Of a DNA stretch of 64,000 nucleotides, positions 19,337 through 30,378 are shown piece by piece. The DNA comes from an uncultured Chloroflexia bacterium (GTDB lineage: Bacteria > Chloroflexota > Limnocylindria > Limnocylindrales > CSP1-4). Every line of letters starts with the position of its first letter. Position 1 is the first letter of the stretch. A program made the position numbers and the translations under genes. The notes under the pieces are model-generated. The model did no database searches. It was not told the DNA's origin and was given only the letters and a program-made list of their open reading frames with translations. The DNA lies in NCBI GenBank assembly GCA_963707215.1, contig CAVPPB010000003.1, forward strand, positions 832,001 through 896,000. Reading direction: 5' to 3'.

Positions 19337-20247
19337 TTGCAGTACGGCCGCAGCACGTCGCGGGCGATGAGGAAGCCCTGCTTGACCTTCTCGTCGGTCC
19401 CCTCGAAGCGGCGGTCCTCGTGCTCGATGATGCAGTCGCCCTCGTAGCCCTGACGGTAGAGGGTGGCGAAGATGCGGGCCCAGGGGGCCTCGCCGAGCCC
19501 GGGCAGGCGGGGGATCTGCCAGCCGATGCCAGAGGACATGGAGCCGCGCTCGTAGAGCCCGTCGCGGTCGATCTCGACGTCCTTGGCCTGGAAGTGGTAG
19601 ATGTGCGGCCCGAACTCCCGGATGAAGCGCTCCTGGTCGATCATCAGCCAGACCAGGTGGGACGGGTCGTAGTTGAGCCCGACCGTGCCGCCCCACTGCT
19701 CGATGATCCGCCGCCAGATGTACGGCGACCAGGCGATGTTGTGACCGCCCGGCCACTCGTCGCGGCTGAAGATCATCGGGCAGTTCTCGATGGTGATCTT
19801 CACCCCGTTGTCCTGGGCCGCCCGGACGATGTCCGGCCAGACCTGGAGAGCGACCTCCCAGTTCTCGTCGGTGCTCTTGGCAGCGTCGCCGCCCATGAAG
19901 GTGTTGACGAGCGAGACGCCCATCTTCCGGGCGGCCGTCATGACCTGCTTGAGGTGAGCGATGGCGGGATCGCGGACGGCCGGGTCCGGGTGCAGCGGGT
20001 TGGGGTAGAAGCCGAGCCCGGAGATGGAAAGACCCTTGCCGGCCAGCTCGTCGACGACCTCGGTCGCCTGGGTATCGGACAGCTTCGCGACGTCGATGTG
20101 GCTCGTCCCGGCGTAGCGTCGCGTCGGGCCGGTGGACCGCGGCCAGCAGGCGATCTCGAGGACCTCGAAACCGTTCCCGGCGGCCCAGTCGGCCACCTCC
20201 GTGAGCGGCGTCTCGGGGAACGGGGCGGTCAGGAAGCCGAGCTTCAT
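19333..20247 (-). CDS. Sugar phosphate isomerase/epimerase (xylose-isomerase-like TIM barrel)
   Basis: IENCP, NYDPSH, HFQAKD, IIEHED metal ligands. Confidence 0.88.
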   Translation of the reverse strand: MKLGFLTAPFPETPLTEVADWAAGNGFEVLEIACWPRSTGPTRRYAGTSHIDVAKLSDTQATEVVDELAGKGLSISGLGFYPNPLHPDPAVRDPAIAHLKQVMTAARKMGVSLVNTFMGGDAAKSTDENWEVALQVWPDIVRAAQDNGVKITIENCPMIFSRDEWPGGHNIAWSPYIWRRIIEQWGGTVGLNYDPSHLVWLMIDQERFIREFGPHIYHFQAKDVEIDRDGLYERGSMSSGIGWQIPRLPGLGEAPWARIFATLYRQGYEGDCIIEHEDRRFEGTDEKVKQGFLIARDVLRPYCK

Positions 20248-20314
20248 CGTGTTCCTCCGTGCATGGGCGTCGGAACGCCGGTCGGTTCCGGTGTCGATCG
20301 ACGGCGGTGGGCCA

Positions 20315-21469
20315 TCAGCGGGCGACCTCGACCCAGCGGCCCGCGCGGGCGCTCGCAGCGATGGCGTCGCCGACGAGCATCTCGTCGTGCCCGTCGACGA
20401 AGGTCGGATAGCCGGGCGAATCCGGAGGGCCGCCGGCGACGACGGCCCCGTAGACGGATCGGTAGAGCGCCTTGAACGTGTCGGCGAAGCCCTCCACGTG
20501 ACCGGCCGGAAGGTCGGCCGCTGCCGCGCCCTCGGGGCCCATCAGGGCGGGGTTGCGGAGCAGGATCTCGTTGGTCCGGTCGCGGTGGCCGACCCACAGC
20601 TCGTCGGGCCGCTCGGAGTCCCAGCCAGCCGCGGCTGTCGAGCCGTCGATCTCGTACTGCAGCGAGTTCTTTCGACCCGGGCTCAGCTGCGAGACGGCGA
20701 GGGCTCCACGGGCGCCGTTGTCGAAGCGCAGCAGGATCGTCGCGACGTCCTCGGTGCCGATGGCCCGGTCGACCGTCTCGGTCGCCCGGTCGGTCGAGAA
20801 GGTCTCGACCGGACCCGTCGGCTCGCGACGGACGGGGATGAAGGTGGCCAGGTCGGCGACCACCTCGACGACCCGCCGGCCGGTCAGGAAGGTCGTCAGG
20901 TCGAGCCAATGCGAGCCGATGTCGCCCACGGCCCGGAGGGCGCCGCCCCGATCCGGCCGGAGTCGCCAGTTCCAGTCCGTCTCGAGGAGCAGCCAGTCCT
21001 GGAAGTAGTGGCCGCTTACGAGACGGACGTCGCCCAGACCGCCGTCGCGGACGAGCCCGGCCAGGTGCTGGTTGACCGGGTAGAAGCGGATGTTGAAGTT
21101 CACCGCGTGGACCCGGCCGCTCGCCTCGGCGAGCCGGACCAGCTCGGCGGACTCCTCCGAGGTCATCGCCAGCGGCTTCTCGCAGACGACGTGCCGGCCC
21201 GCGGCCAGGATCTCCTTGACCTGCGGGTAGTGGAGGTCGTTGGGCGAGGTGACATGGACGACCTCCACGCGGTCGTCGGCGAGCAGCTCGGCCAGGCTGG
21301 CGTAGGCGCGTGCGACGCCGAGGGCCGTCGCCCGGACGGCGCCGCGCTCCGCCGATGAGCCGAGGAGTCCGTGGACGCTCACCCCCAGCCGGCGCAGCGC
21401 CTCGATGTGGACGGTGCCGATGAAGCCGCTGCCGATCACGGCGGCACCGACGTCGCTGATCCGTCGCAT
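20315..21469 (-). CDS. Gfo/Idh/MocA oxidoreductase
   Basis: GSGFIG Rossmann motif, CEKPLA, GDIGSHWLD; AGGAG upstream of ATG 21469. Confidence 0.9.
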   Translation of the reverse strand: MRRISDVGAAVIGSGFIGTVHIEALRRLGVSVHGLLGSSAERGAVRATALGVARAYASLAELLADDRVEVVHVTSPNDLHYPQVKEILAAGRHVVCEKPLAMTSEESAELVRLAEASGRVHAVNFNIRFYPVNQHLAGLVRDGGLGDVRLVSGHYFQDWLLLETDWNWRLRPDRGGALRAVGDIGSHWLDLTTFLTGRRVVEVVADLATFIPVRREPTGPVETFSTDRATETVDRAIGTEDVATILLRFDNGARGALAVSQLSPGRKNSLQYEIDGSTAAAGWDSERPDELWVGHRDRTNEILLRNPALMGPEGAAAADLPAGHVEGFADTFKALYRSVYGAVVAGGPPDSPGYPTFVDGHDEMLVGDAIAASARAGRWVEVAR

Positions 21470-21537
21470 CGAGGGGCTCCTCCTGCTGCTGGACCCGGTC
21501 CGACCGGGCCCTCGCCCGGTACGCCGACCGCCCGTCA

Positions 21538-21572
21538 CTCTAGATGCTGGATCGTCTGGTCGTCTAGACAGG
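21538..21572. promoter_or_regulatory. Putative GntR/HutC(DasR-like) operator
   Basis: Palindromic GTCTAGAC at 21562-21569 plus a second TCTAGA at 21540-21545, upstream of the Gfo-to-ABC operon. Confidence 0.5.
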
Positions 21573-21729
21573 TGCCAGCCCTGCGGCGCAGGCCACCGCG
21601 AGGCGCGCCGGGACGTCCCCTCGGGTGGCGACGGTCGCCCAAGGCATGGCCACCCTACCGGAGGGCGACCGCCCGCCTAGGTCCATCCGGCCCGGGCGCG
21701 ACGGGGCCGATGGTCGGAGCGGGAGGCGA

Positions 21730-22473
21730 TCACCCGGCCGCGTCGACCGCCCGACGGTCGAGTCCCGACGCGGCATCGGCGTCGGCCATGACCCGGAGTC
21801 GCGGGTGCCGGCGCAGGTACGTGGCCGGACAGTCGGGCCCCTCGGGCTCGGCGAGGGCGCGGGCGAGCACGTCCGCCTTGCGGGTGCCGCTGACGAGGAG
21901 CCAGATCTCGTCGGCCTGGAGCAGACGAGCGATGCCGAGCGTGATGCCGGCGGTCGGCGGGCGGGAGGCGCCGTACCGCTCGGTCGCCACGTCCCGGGTG
22001 GTCGGGTCGAGGCGGACCACCCGGGTCGGACCGTCGGCTGTCGATCCAGGCTCGTTCATCCCGATGTGGCCGTTGAGGCCCAGCCCCAGGATGGCCAGGT
22101 CGATCCCGGCCGCGGCGACGGCGTCGATCCGGTCCGCCTCGGCGTCCGGGTCGGCAGCATCACTGTCGATCCCGTCGAAGGCGGGTGGCTGCGCGAGCCG
22201 GTCCATCAGCTCGCGCCGCAGACGTGGGCCGCCGAGTGCCGGATCGTCCGGCGGCAGCCCGAGGTACTCGTCGAGGAGCGTGACGTGGGCATCGGCGAAC
22301 GACACTCGGCCCATATCGGCCAGCTCGACGAGGGCAGCGTAGACCGGGGCCGGGGTCTCGCCGGTGGGAAGGACGAGCCGCAGGTCAGGTCGGACCCGCA
22401 GCCGTTCGGCCAGGTCGGCCGCGACCCAGCCTGGCCACGCGGCCGGGGTGACGATCTCGAGCGAGAGTGTCAT
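21730..22473 (-). CDS. nagB: Glucosamine-6-phosphate deaminase
   Basis: [38 protein letters not shown]. Confidence 0.85.
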   Translation of the reverse strand: MTLSLEIVTPAAWPGWVAADLAERLRVRPDLRLVLPTGETPAPVYAALVELADMGRVSFADAHVTLLDEYLGLPPDDPALGGPRLRRELMDRLAQPPAFDGIDSDAADPDAEADRIDAVAAAGIDLAILGLGLNGHIGMNEPGSTADGPTRVVRLDPTTRDVATERYGASRPPTAGITLGIARLLQADEIWLLVSGTRKADVLARALAEPEGPDCPATYLRRHPRLRVMADADAASGLDRRAVDAAG

Positions 22474-23672
22474 CCGCCGGCGACGACCCGGTCGACGAAG
22501 TCGCCGGTCTTGGGGTCCTTGAGGATCAGCTTCTGGCGACCGTCGGGCAGGACCTCGCGCTTGATGACGACCTGCCCGTCGAGCAGCTCCGGCTCGGCGG
22601 TGATCCGCGGCGTCGAGCTGCCACGCCACTCGAAGAGCTCGACCGGCTCCCAGACCCGGGTCTTCGCCGATCGGTAGGCAGCGTCCATGATGGCGTTGAC
22701 GACGTAGCCGTCGTAGAACGTCTCCTGGGGGTCCCGCCCCTCGTCGAGGGCCCGGAACATGTCGGTGAACATGTCGACGTAGCCGAGCTCCGACACCTCG
22801 TCACCGACCGGGAAGAGCCAGCCGGCCTCGGTCTCTGCCTTCTCGGCGACGTACCCGCCACCCCCGCCGGCGGTGAACATCTCGAAGCCGGTCCGCAGGA
22901 AGTGGTTCATCCAGATCGTGCCGTGGGTCCCGGCTACCTCGTCGCGGAGATCCATCCCGCCGCGGAAGGTCCAGGAGACCTCGAACTGGCCGATGGCGTC
23001 CGACTCGAAGCGGATCAGGGCGACGGCGTTGTCCTCGTCGGCGATCGGGTGGACCAGGGTGTCGGTGTGGCACATCACCTCCACCGGCCGGTTCCCCTTG
23101 CCGACGAAGTTGCGGATGATCTCGATGCAGTGGCAACCCAGGTCGACGATGGCCCCGCCGCCGGTCAGGCGCCCATCCCAGAACCAGGCCGAGTGCGGGC
23201 CGGGGTGGGTCTCCCGGGAGCGGACCCAGGTGACCTGGCCGATCGCCCCTCCATGGACCGCCTTCACGGCCTTGAGCAACTTCGGCGTGTAGCAGAGGTC
23301 CTCGAGATAGCCGGCGAAGACGCCGGCCCGCTCGACCGTCTCGAGCATGCGCCGCGCCTCCTCGGCGTTGCGACCGAGCGGCTTCGTGCAGAGCACCGGC
23401 TTGCCGGCCGCCGCGGTCATCTCGATCGCCTCCTCGTGGAGGAAGTTGGGCAGGCCGATGACGACGACGTCGACCTCGGGGTGCTCGATGGCGCTCCGGA
23501 TGTCTGTCGTCGATTCGGGGATGCCCCAGCGCTCGCGGAAGGCCCGACCACGCTCCTCGCTCCGCGAGTAGACGATGCGGACCGAGTCTCGGCCGCGCTG
23601 ACCGTGGAGGGTCATCGTGTAGAAGTCGCCGATCAGGCCGGTGCCCAGCATCGCGATCCGGTACGACTGCAT
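22470..23672 (-). CDS. Gfo/Idh/MocA oxidoreductase (TKP variant)
   Basis: [21 protein letters not shown]; AAGGAG RBS (alternative start 23681). Confidence 0.88.
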   Translation of the reverse strand: MQSYRIAMLGTGLIGDFYTMTLHGQRGRDSVRIVYSRSEERGRAFRERWGIPESTTDIRSAIEHPEVDVVVIGLPNFLHEEAIEMTAAAGKPVLCTKPLGRNAEEARRMLETVERAGVFAGYLEDLCYTPKLLKAVKAVHGGAIGQVTWVRSRETHPGPHSAWFWDGRLTGGGAIVDLGCHCIEIIRNFVGKGNRPVEVMCHTDTLVHPIADEDNAVALIRFESDAIGQFEVSWTFRGGMDLRDEVAGTHGTIWMNHFLRTGFEMFTAGGGGGYVAEKAETEAGWLFPVGDEVSELGYVDMFTDMFRALDEGRDPQETFYDGYVVNAIMDAAYRSAKTRVWEPVELFEWRGSSTPRITAEPELLDGQVVIKREVLPDGRQKLILKDPKTGDFVDRVVAGG

Positions 23673-23809
23673 CCCTGGCATCTCCTTCGCTTGCGGTGGA
23701 GCGATCGTACTGCGCCCCTGGGGGGCTCCGCGGCCGGTCCCACGGCCCGACACCGGCCGCCGGCGAGGGTACGATCGTCGGCGATGGCGACCGCAGCGAT
23801 CCGACACCC

Positions 23810-25039
23810 GTGACTCGCGAGCCGGCACCCCGCTGGCTGCGGGCCGACCTGGTGGGTCCGCGCGGGATCCTCGAGGATCGGCTCATCCGCATCGACGGTG
23901 AGCACCTCGGCCGGATCTGCCGCGCGGCCGAGGATCCGGCCGCCGCTCGCCGCGCGGAGCGCCTGGACGGGCTCCTGGCCCCGGGCCTCGTCGACGTCCA
24001 CTGCCACGGCGGCGGCGGGATCGACGTCCTCGGTCCGGGTGTGGACGCACTCGCCGCCGGCGGTCCACGGGTCGTGGCCGCGACGGTCGAGGCCCTCCGG
24101 GCGTTCGCCGGCTTCCAGGCCGCCCGGGGCGTGACCACGGTGCTGCCGACGGCCGTCTCGATCCCGCTGCCGGCGCTGCGGACCTGGGCGGTCGCCGTCG
24201 GGGAGGCCCACCGAGACCAGCGGCGCGAGCACCGCGATGGCCGGCCCTCGACCCAGGCGACGATCGTCGGGGCGAACCTCGAGGGACCGGCCCTCGCCGA
24301 AGGGCGTCGCGGGGCCCACGATCGCCGGGCGTTGGTGGCCCCCCGGATCCTCCTTGACGCCATCGAGGCGGATCCCGCCAGCTGGGCCGCGGTCCGCGTC
24401 GTGACCGTGGCGCCGGAGGGCGACGGCGGGCTCGAGCTGGTCGCGGCCCTGGCCGGTCGTGGGATCGTCGCCAGCCTCGGCCACACCGACGCGGCGACGG
24501 CCCGGGTGGTGGCGGCCGTCGATGCCGGGGCCCGCAGCGTGACCCACCTATTCAACGCGATGCCGCCGCTCCACCACCGGGACCCGGGCCTGCCCGGGAT
24601 CGCGCTGACGGACGAGCGGCTCCACGCCGAGCTCATCGCCGACGGCATCCATGTCGACCGCCGGCTGCTCCCGCCGCTCGCCCGTGCGCTGGGGGCCCGT
24701 CTCCTCTACGTGAGCGACGCGATCGCCGCAGCCGGGATCGGCGACGGGGAGCTCCGGCTGGGATCGCTCCGCGTCTCGGTCCGTGGCGCCGAAGCACGAC
24801 TGGCCGATGGCACGCTGGCAGGCAGCGTCACCCCGCTCGACGCCGCCCTCGCCGTGGCGGTCGAGGCCGGCGTCCCCCTCCATCTCGCCGTGCGGGCGGC
24901 CGCCGCCGCGCCGGCGGGGCTGCTGCGGCTGCGCGATCGAGGCGCCATCCGTGCCGGGGCCCGGGCCGACCTCGTCGTCATCGGTCCGGACGGCCGCCAC
25001 CGCCGGACGTTCCTGGGCGGGACCCCGCTCGACGCCTGA
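23810..25039 (+). CDS. nagA: N-acetylglucosamine-6-phosphate deacetylase
   Basis: [45 protein letters not shown]. Confidence 0.88.
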   Translation: MTREPAPRWLRADLVGPRGILEDRLIRIDGEHLGRICRAAEDPAAARRAERLDGLLAPGLVDVHCHGGGGIDVLGPGVDALAAGGPRVVAATVEALRAFAGFQAARGVTTVLPTAVSIPLPALRTWAVAVGEAHRDQRREHRDGRPSTQATIVGANLEGPALAEGRRGAHDRRALVAPRILLDAIEADPASWAAVRVVTVAPEGDGGLELVAALAGRGIVASLGHTDAATARVVAAVDAGARSVTHLFNAMPPLHHRDPGLPGIALTDERLHAELIADGIHVDRRLLPPLARALGARLLYVSDAIAAAGIGDGELRLGSLRVSVRGAEARLADGTLAGSVTPLDAALAVAVEAGVPLHLAVRAAAAAPAGLLRLRDRGAIRAGARADLVVIGPDGRHRRTFLGGTPLDA

Positions 25040-25169
25040 GCCCGGTCGACCCCCCGGTCGGACCCGGTCAGCTCACGCGCTTGCCGAGCATCGGATCCCG
25101 GACGGCGTCGCCGGTGGTGGGTCCGGTGCCTCGACGCACCACCGCGCCGATGACGGCGGAGCCCAGGGC

Positions 25170-25196
25170 CAATCCGCCGCGGTGCCCCGGGTCGAA
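25170..25196 (+). promoter_or_regulatory. Putative SigK/ECF19-like promoter (CAATCC-N16-TCGAA) for the fasciclin gene
   Basis: Motif about 100 nt upstream of ATG 25293; fasciclin genes mpt70/mpt83 are SigK targets in mycobacteria. Confidence 0.45.
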
Positions 25197-25292
25197 AGGG
25201 GATCGACAGGCCGGCCCGCCCCAGCGGACCGGACCCGAGACGACAGCCCGGAGATGCGACCGGGCCACCATCACCCACCGGAGGATCCACTG

Positions 25293-25799
25293 ATGCGACG
25301 ACTGATCGCCGCCTTCACCGCCGGGGCGCTCGCCCTCGGCATCATCGCCGGCCCGGCGCTCGCGAAGCAGCCGGCCAAGACCCCGTCGATCGTCGACGTG
25401 GCGATCGCCGTCAACAGCGACGGCCCCTTCGCCGGCTCGTTCGACACCCTGATCGCCGCGGTCCTGGCCGCTGACCCGGCCGTTGCGGCCACCCTGACGG
25501 GCAAGGGCCAGTACACCGTCTTCGCCCCGACCGACACGGCCTTTGCCGAGCTCGGCCTCGATGAGACGAACGTCGGCAGCCTGCCGCAGGCCGACCTGAC
25601 GAACATCCTGCTGTACCACGTCGCCAAGGGCGAGCGCTACGCCGCTGATGTCGTCAGTTCCTCGCAGATCCGGATGCTGAACGGCGAGTTCGCGATGATC
25701 GACGGCGCCACGATCGACGGCGAGAACATCATCGTGACCGACGTCGACGCCCCGACCAACGGGATCATCCACGTCATCGACGGCGTGCTGCTCCCCTGA
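25293..25799 (+). CDS. Secreted fasciclin (FAS1) domain protein
   Basis: GGAGG RBS, signal peptide; YTVFAPTDTAF, ILLYHV, NGIIHVIDGVLLP. Confidence 0.93.
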   Translation: MRRLIAAFTAGALALGIIAGPALAKQPAKTPSIVDVAIAVNSDGPFAGSFDTLIAAVLAADPAVAATLTGKGQYTVFAPTDTAFAELGLDETNVGSLPQADLTNILLYHVAKGERYAADVVSSSQIRMLNGEFAMIDGATIDGENIIVTDVDAPTNGIIHVIDGVLLP

Positions 25800-25830
25800 C
25801 CGCGGCCCGGACCTTCCGACCCGCCCCTCC

Positions 25831-25859
25831 CGCCCCGCTCGGCCACCGAGCGGGGCGTT
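25831..25859 (+). terminator. Intrinsic terminator-like hairpin after the fasciclin gene
   Basis: CGCCCCGCTCGG-CCA-CCGAGCGGGGCG followed by TT. Confidence 0.55.
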
Positions 25860-25991
25860 CCGCTTCCGCCCTCCAGCGGGTAGGATGACCAGGCTCGGCC
25901 GGATGTCGCGTACGGGGTCCGTCCAGCCGTCGCCAGCGACGGCAGATGCAAGGGCCCGCGCTCTGCCCGCCGAGCGGAGGAGAGTGGACTG

Positions 25992-27101
<1,110 letters not shown>

Positions 27102-27105
27102 CGGG

Positions 27106-27732
27106 TTGACGGATCCCGACGAGCCGGTCGTGGCGGGCGGCTCCGCCGCGACCGATCATCCGTACGTCGAGCGCCGGGTCTCGACGCGGGTGGTGCATCG
27201 GGGCCGCTACCTGACGTTCCGGGTGGACACGGTCGAGCGCCCCGACGGGAGCCGGGCCGAGCGCGACATCTGCGGCCATCCGGGCGCCGTCGCCATCATC
27301 GCCCTCGACGAGGACGATCGCGTCCTGCTCGTCCGCCAGTACCGCCTGGCCGCCGGCGAGCTGCTCCTGGAGCTGCCCGCCGGGACCCTTGACGTGGATC
27401 CCGGTTCCGGCGAGGTCGAGGACCCTGACCGGGCGGCCCGGCGCGAGCTGGAGGAGGAGGCCGGCGTCGTCGCCGAGTCGTGGCGGCACCTGGGTCGCTT
27501 CTGGACCGCGCCCGGCTTCGCGACCGAGGAGATGCACCTCTATCTCGCCACCGACCTGCGGACCGTTCGCGAAGGTGTGCTCGGCGAGGACGAGGACGAA
27601 CGCCTCGAGCTCCAGCGCGTCCCCTGGCGCGACGCCGTCCGCCTCGCCGAGACGGGTGGGATCCGCGACGCCAAGTCCATCGTCGGGCTCTTCTGGCTGG
27701 CCCGCCTCGAGGCCGCAGACGGCGGGGCCTGA
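27106..27732 (+). CDS. Nudix hydrolase (ADP-ribose pyrophosphatase-like)
   Basis: HPGAVAI, RQYR, ELPAG..AARRELEEEAG, DAKS; start (TTG) uncertain. Confidence 0.88.
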   Translation: MTDPDEPVVAGGSAATDHPYVERRVSTRVVHRGRYLTFRVDTVERPDGSRAERDICGHPGAVAIIALDEDDRVLLVRQYRLAAGELLLELPAGTLDVDPGSGEVEDPDRAARRELEEEAGVVAESWRHLGRFWTAPGFATEEMHLYLATDLRTVREGVLGEDEDERLELQRVPWRDAVRLAETGGIRDAKSIVGLFWLARLEAADGGA

Positions 27733-27736
27733 GCCG

Positions 27737-28687
27737 ATGGCCCGCAGCGTGCGAACGGTCCAGGAGGGCGACCTGCCCGCCATCCGGGCCGTGATGGAGG
27801 CGTCCCTTGCCGTCGATGGGATCCCCGGCTTCACCGCGACCGACATCGACCGGGCCATCGACCGCCTGCCGGCGGACCCTGGCTGCGCGGCGGTGGCCGA
27901 GGTCGACGGGACGATCGTCGGCTATGCGATCCCCGGGCACGACGACCTGACCGTCCACCCGGATCATCGGCGCCGGGGGCACGGTCGGGCGCTGGTTCCG
28001 GCCGCCATCGACATCGCCCGCGCCATGGGGCACCGGATGCTGCTGCTCCACGTGCCGACCCACCTGGAGGCATCGGTGTCGTTCGCCCGGGCCTTGGGCT
28101 TCGCCTACCACTCGAGTCTCTGGCTGTTCGAGCTGTCGCCCGACGTCGCCGTGGCGTCGCCGGAGTGGCCGGACGGCTACGTCGCCCGTCCGTTCGACCG
28201 CGACGAGGACCTGGGCCGCTACGTCGCCCTGATGAACGCCACCTTCGCCGACCACCCGACGCCGGTGGCCTGGTCCCAGGCCGTCGTGGCGCGCGTGCAC
28301 GGCCTGCCGTCGTTCCACCCGGAGGATGTCCGGATCGTCGTCCCGGCGGGCCAGCCCGATCGGCCGGTGGCCTTCTCGCGGGTCGAGGTGTGGAGTGGAA
28401 CAGGCTCGGCGCCGACCGGCTGGATCAACCAGATCGGCGTCCTCCCGGCGGACCGCGGTCGAGGGCTCGGCCGGGCGCTGCTTCGCTGGGGCGTGGGACA
28501 CCTTCGCACCCGGGGAGCGGGGCCGGTCCAGCTCGCCGTGGAGGCGCTCAACGACCGGGCCCTGGAGCTGTACCGGCGTCACGGCTTCAGGGCGACCATC
28601 GAGTGGCCCCACTGGGGCCTGGCCGTCCCGTCGAGCGACGGGACGAGCCCTCCCGCCGCAGCGGACAGGGCCCAGGGCTGGTCCTAG
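27737..28687 (+). CDS. Tandem GNAT acetyltransferase (MshD-like architecture)
   Basis: VHPDHRRRGHGRAL and GVLPADRGRGLGRAL..NDRALELYRRHGF. Confidence 0.82.
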   Translation: MARSVRTVQEGDLPAIRAVMEASLAVDGIPGFTATDIDRAIDRLPADPGCAAVAEVDGTIVGYAIPGHDDLTVHPDHRRRGHGRALVPAAIDIARAMGHRMLLLHVPTHLEASVSFARALGFAYHSSLWLFELSPDVAVASPEWPDGYVARPFDRDEDLGRYVALMNATFADHPTPVAWSQAVVARVHGLPSFHPEDVRIVVPAGQPDRPVAFSRVEVWSGTGSAPTGWINQIGVLPADRGRGLGRALLRWGVGHLRTRGAGPVQLAVEALNDRALELYRRHGFRATIEWPHWGLAVPSSDGTSPPAAADRAQGWS

Positions 28688-29157
28688 GGCTGGTCCTGTC
28701 CCGTGGGCCGGCGGTCGCCCGCCGGCGGTCCATCCTCAGGGGCCGGCAAGCGCTCGAGCTCGCCCCGGAACAACGTGCTGTCGGGCTCCAGCGCGACCGC
28801 GAGCTTCAGGTGGGTCCGGGCCTCGGCGACGCGGCCGGCCCTCCGCAGGACCCTGGCCAGCGCGTAGTGGGCGTATCCCGAGGCGGGATCCACCTCGACG
28901 AGGGCCTCGAAGGTCTCGACGGCCCGCTCGACCTGGCCGCTCTGCGCATAGGCGCGCCCCAGCGGCTCGAGGATCGAGCCCTTGCCGGGCTCGATCGCCG
29001 CGGCGCGCTCCAGGACGACCGCCGCCTGGGCGTGATGGCGACCCCGCATCAGGCGCTGGCCGCGCTGGAGCAGCTCGTAGGCCGACTCGTGATCGCTCGG
29101 CGCGGGGCCGTCGTCGGTGTCGGCCGGGCGAGGGTCTGTCGGCTCCGGGTGCGGCAT
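28684..29157 (-). CDS. Tetratricopeptide repeat protein
   Basis: LERAAAIEP..LGRAY..A.ETFEALVEVDP..YAHYALA..AVALEP TPR pattern. Confidence 0.8.
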   Translation of the reverse strand: MPHPEPTDPRPADTDDGPAPSDHESAYELLQRGQRLMRGRHHAQAAVVLERAAAIEPGKGSILEPLGRAYAQSGQVERAVETFEALVEVDPASGYAHYALARVLRRAGRVAEARTHLKLAVALEPDSTLFRGELERLPAPEDGPPAGDRRPTGQDQP

Positions 29158-29227
29158 GGCCGGATGGTCGCACGAACCGCCCCGAGAGGTCCCGCGACGG
29201 GCCTGCCGGCCCACGGGAGGAGCGACG

Positions 29228-30253
29228 TCAGCCGCGCCACTCCCCGAGATCGACCGGGCGTAGCCGGGGCGATGGGGTCCGCCCGGGGATGCGACCGCGC
29301 TTGGCGATCGGGCGCCCGTCGATCTCCTTGATGTCGCCGGTGAAGTCGATCGGCCGGGCACCGCTGATGTACGAGCCGACGGCGAACGAGTCGACCGGCG
29401 CTCCGGCCTCCTTGAACTGGCCGATCCGGTCCGGGTTGAGACCACCGGAGACGACGATCCGGACGTGCTGGAAGCCGGCCTGGTCGAGGCGGGCCCGGAC
29501 CTCGGTGACCAGCTCGGGGGTGACCCGTCCACGCTCGGAAGGCGTATCGAGGCGGACGCCGTAGAGCCGGTCGCCGAGCGCATTGGCGACCCGGAGGGCT
29601 TCCTCGGCCTCGTCGCGGAAGGTATCGACCAGGACGATCCGGGGGATGTCCGGCTCGAGGTCCCGATCGAAGGCCAGCGCGGCTTCCACCGTGTCGCCGA
29701 AGATCAGGACGAGCGAGTGGGGCATCGTGCCCGTCGGGTTGAGGCCGGCCAGGCGGGCGCCGGCCGGGGTCGATGCGCCGACGCAGCCACCGATGATCGC
29801 CGCGTAGTCGAGGACGTCCGTGATGTCCGGGTGGACGTGCCGCGCCCCGAACATGATGACCGGCTGGGGTGACGCTGCCTCGACGACCAAGCGGGCGGCC
29901 GTGGCCCAGCCGGTCGACTGGGCGAGCATCCCGAGGATGGCCGTCTCGTAGAGCCCGAAGGCCCGATAGCGGGCCTGGATGCGGAGGACGACCTCTCGCG
30001 GCTCGAAGGCGGCCCCGTCATCGAGGGCCTCGACGACCGCCTCGGCGAGGTCGACCTCGGCCAGGACGTGGCCGATCAGGTTCTTGGCCTCGTCCATGCC
30101 GCAGAGGATGCCCGCCTGGCGGGCGAACACCTCCATGGTCACGACCGGATCGAGGCCCTCGCGCTCGAGGACCCGGCTGGCTCGGAAGAAGTACACGTCG
30201 GCCGAGTCGCCGGACAGGATCTCGTGTGACGGACGGGTCCGGTGGATCCCCAT
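29228..30253 (-). CDS. pncB: Nicotinate phosphoribosyltransferase
   Basis: ADVYF, FGARH, GTMPH, VLVDTF, VRLDTPS, SGG, AKRGR; alternative start 30265. Confidence 0.88.
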   Translation of the reverse strand: MGIHRTRPSHEILSGDSADVYFFRASRVLEREGLDPVVTMEVFARQAGILCGMDEAKNLIGHVLAEVDLAEAVVEALDDGAAFEPREVVLRIQARYRAFGLYETAILGMLAQSTGWATAARLVVEAASPQPVIMFGARHVHPDITDVLDYAAIIGGCVGASTPAGARLAGLNPTGTMPHSLVLIFGDTVEAALAFDRDLEPDIPRIVLVDTFRDEAEEALRVANALGDRLYGVRLDTPSERGRVTPELVTEVRARLDQAGFQHVRIVVSGGLNPDRIGQFKEAGAPVDSFAVGSYISGARPIDFTGDIKEIDGRPIAKRGRIPGRTPSPRLRPVDLGEWRG

Positions 30254-30378
30254 CAGGCCCTCCACGGACGCGGCGCGCGGACCGGGCCGGTCGAGGTCAT
30301 GGGCTCGGCCTCCATCGCTCCGCTCGCCATCCCTCGAGCCCGTTGCCCGAGCGGGCGGCGATCCGGGCGGAGTGTACC

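Noticed and set aside
25055-25080. GGACCCGGTCAGCTCAC, loosely similar to the 3' part of a c-di-AMP (ydaO) riboswitch
   Set aside because: It lies immediately after the nagA stop with no room or match for the 5' conserved elements.
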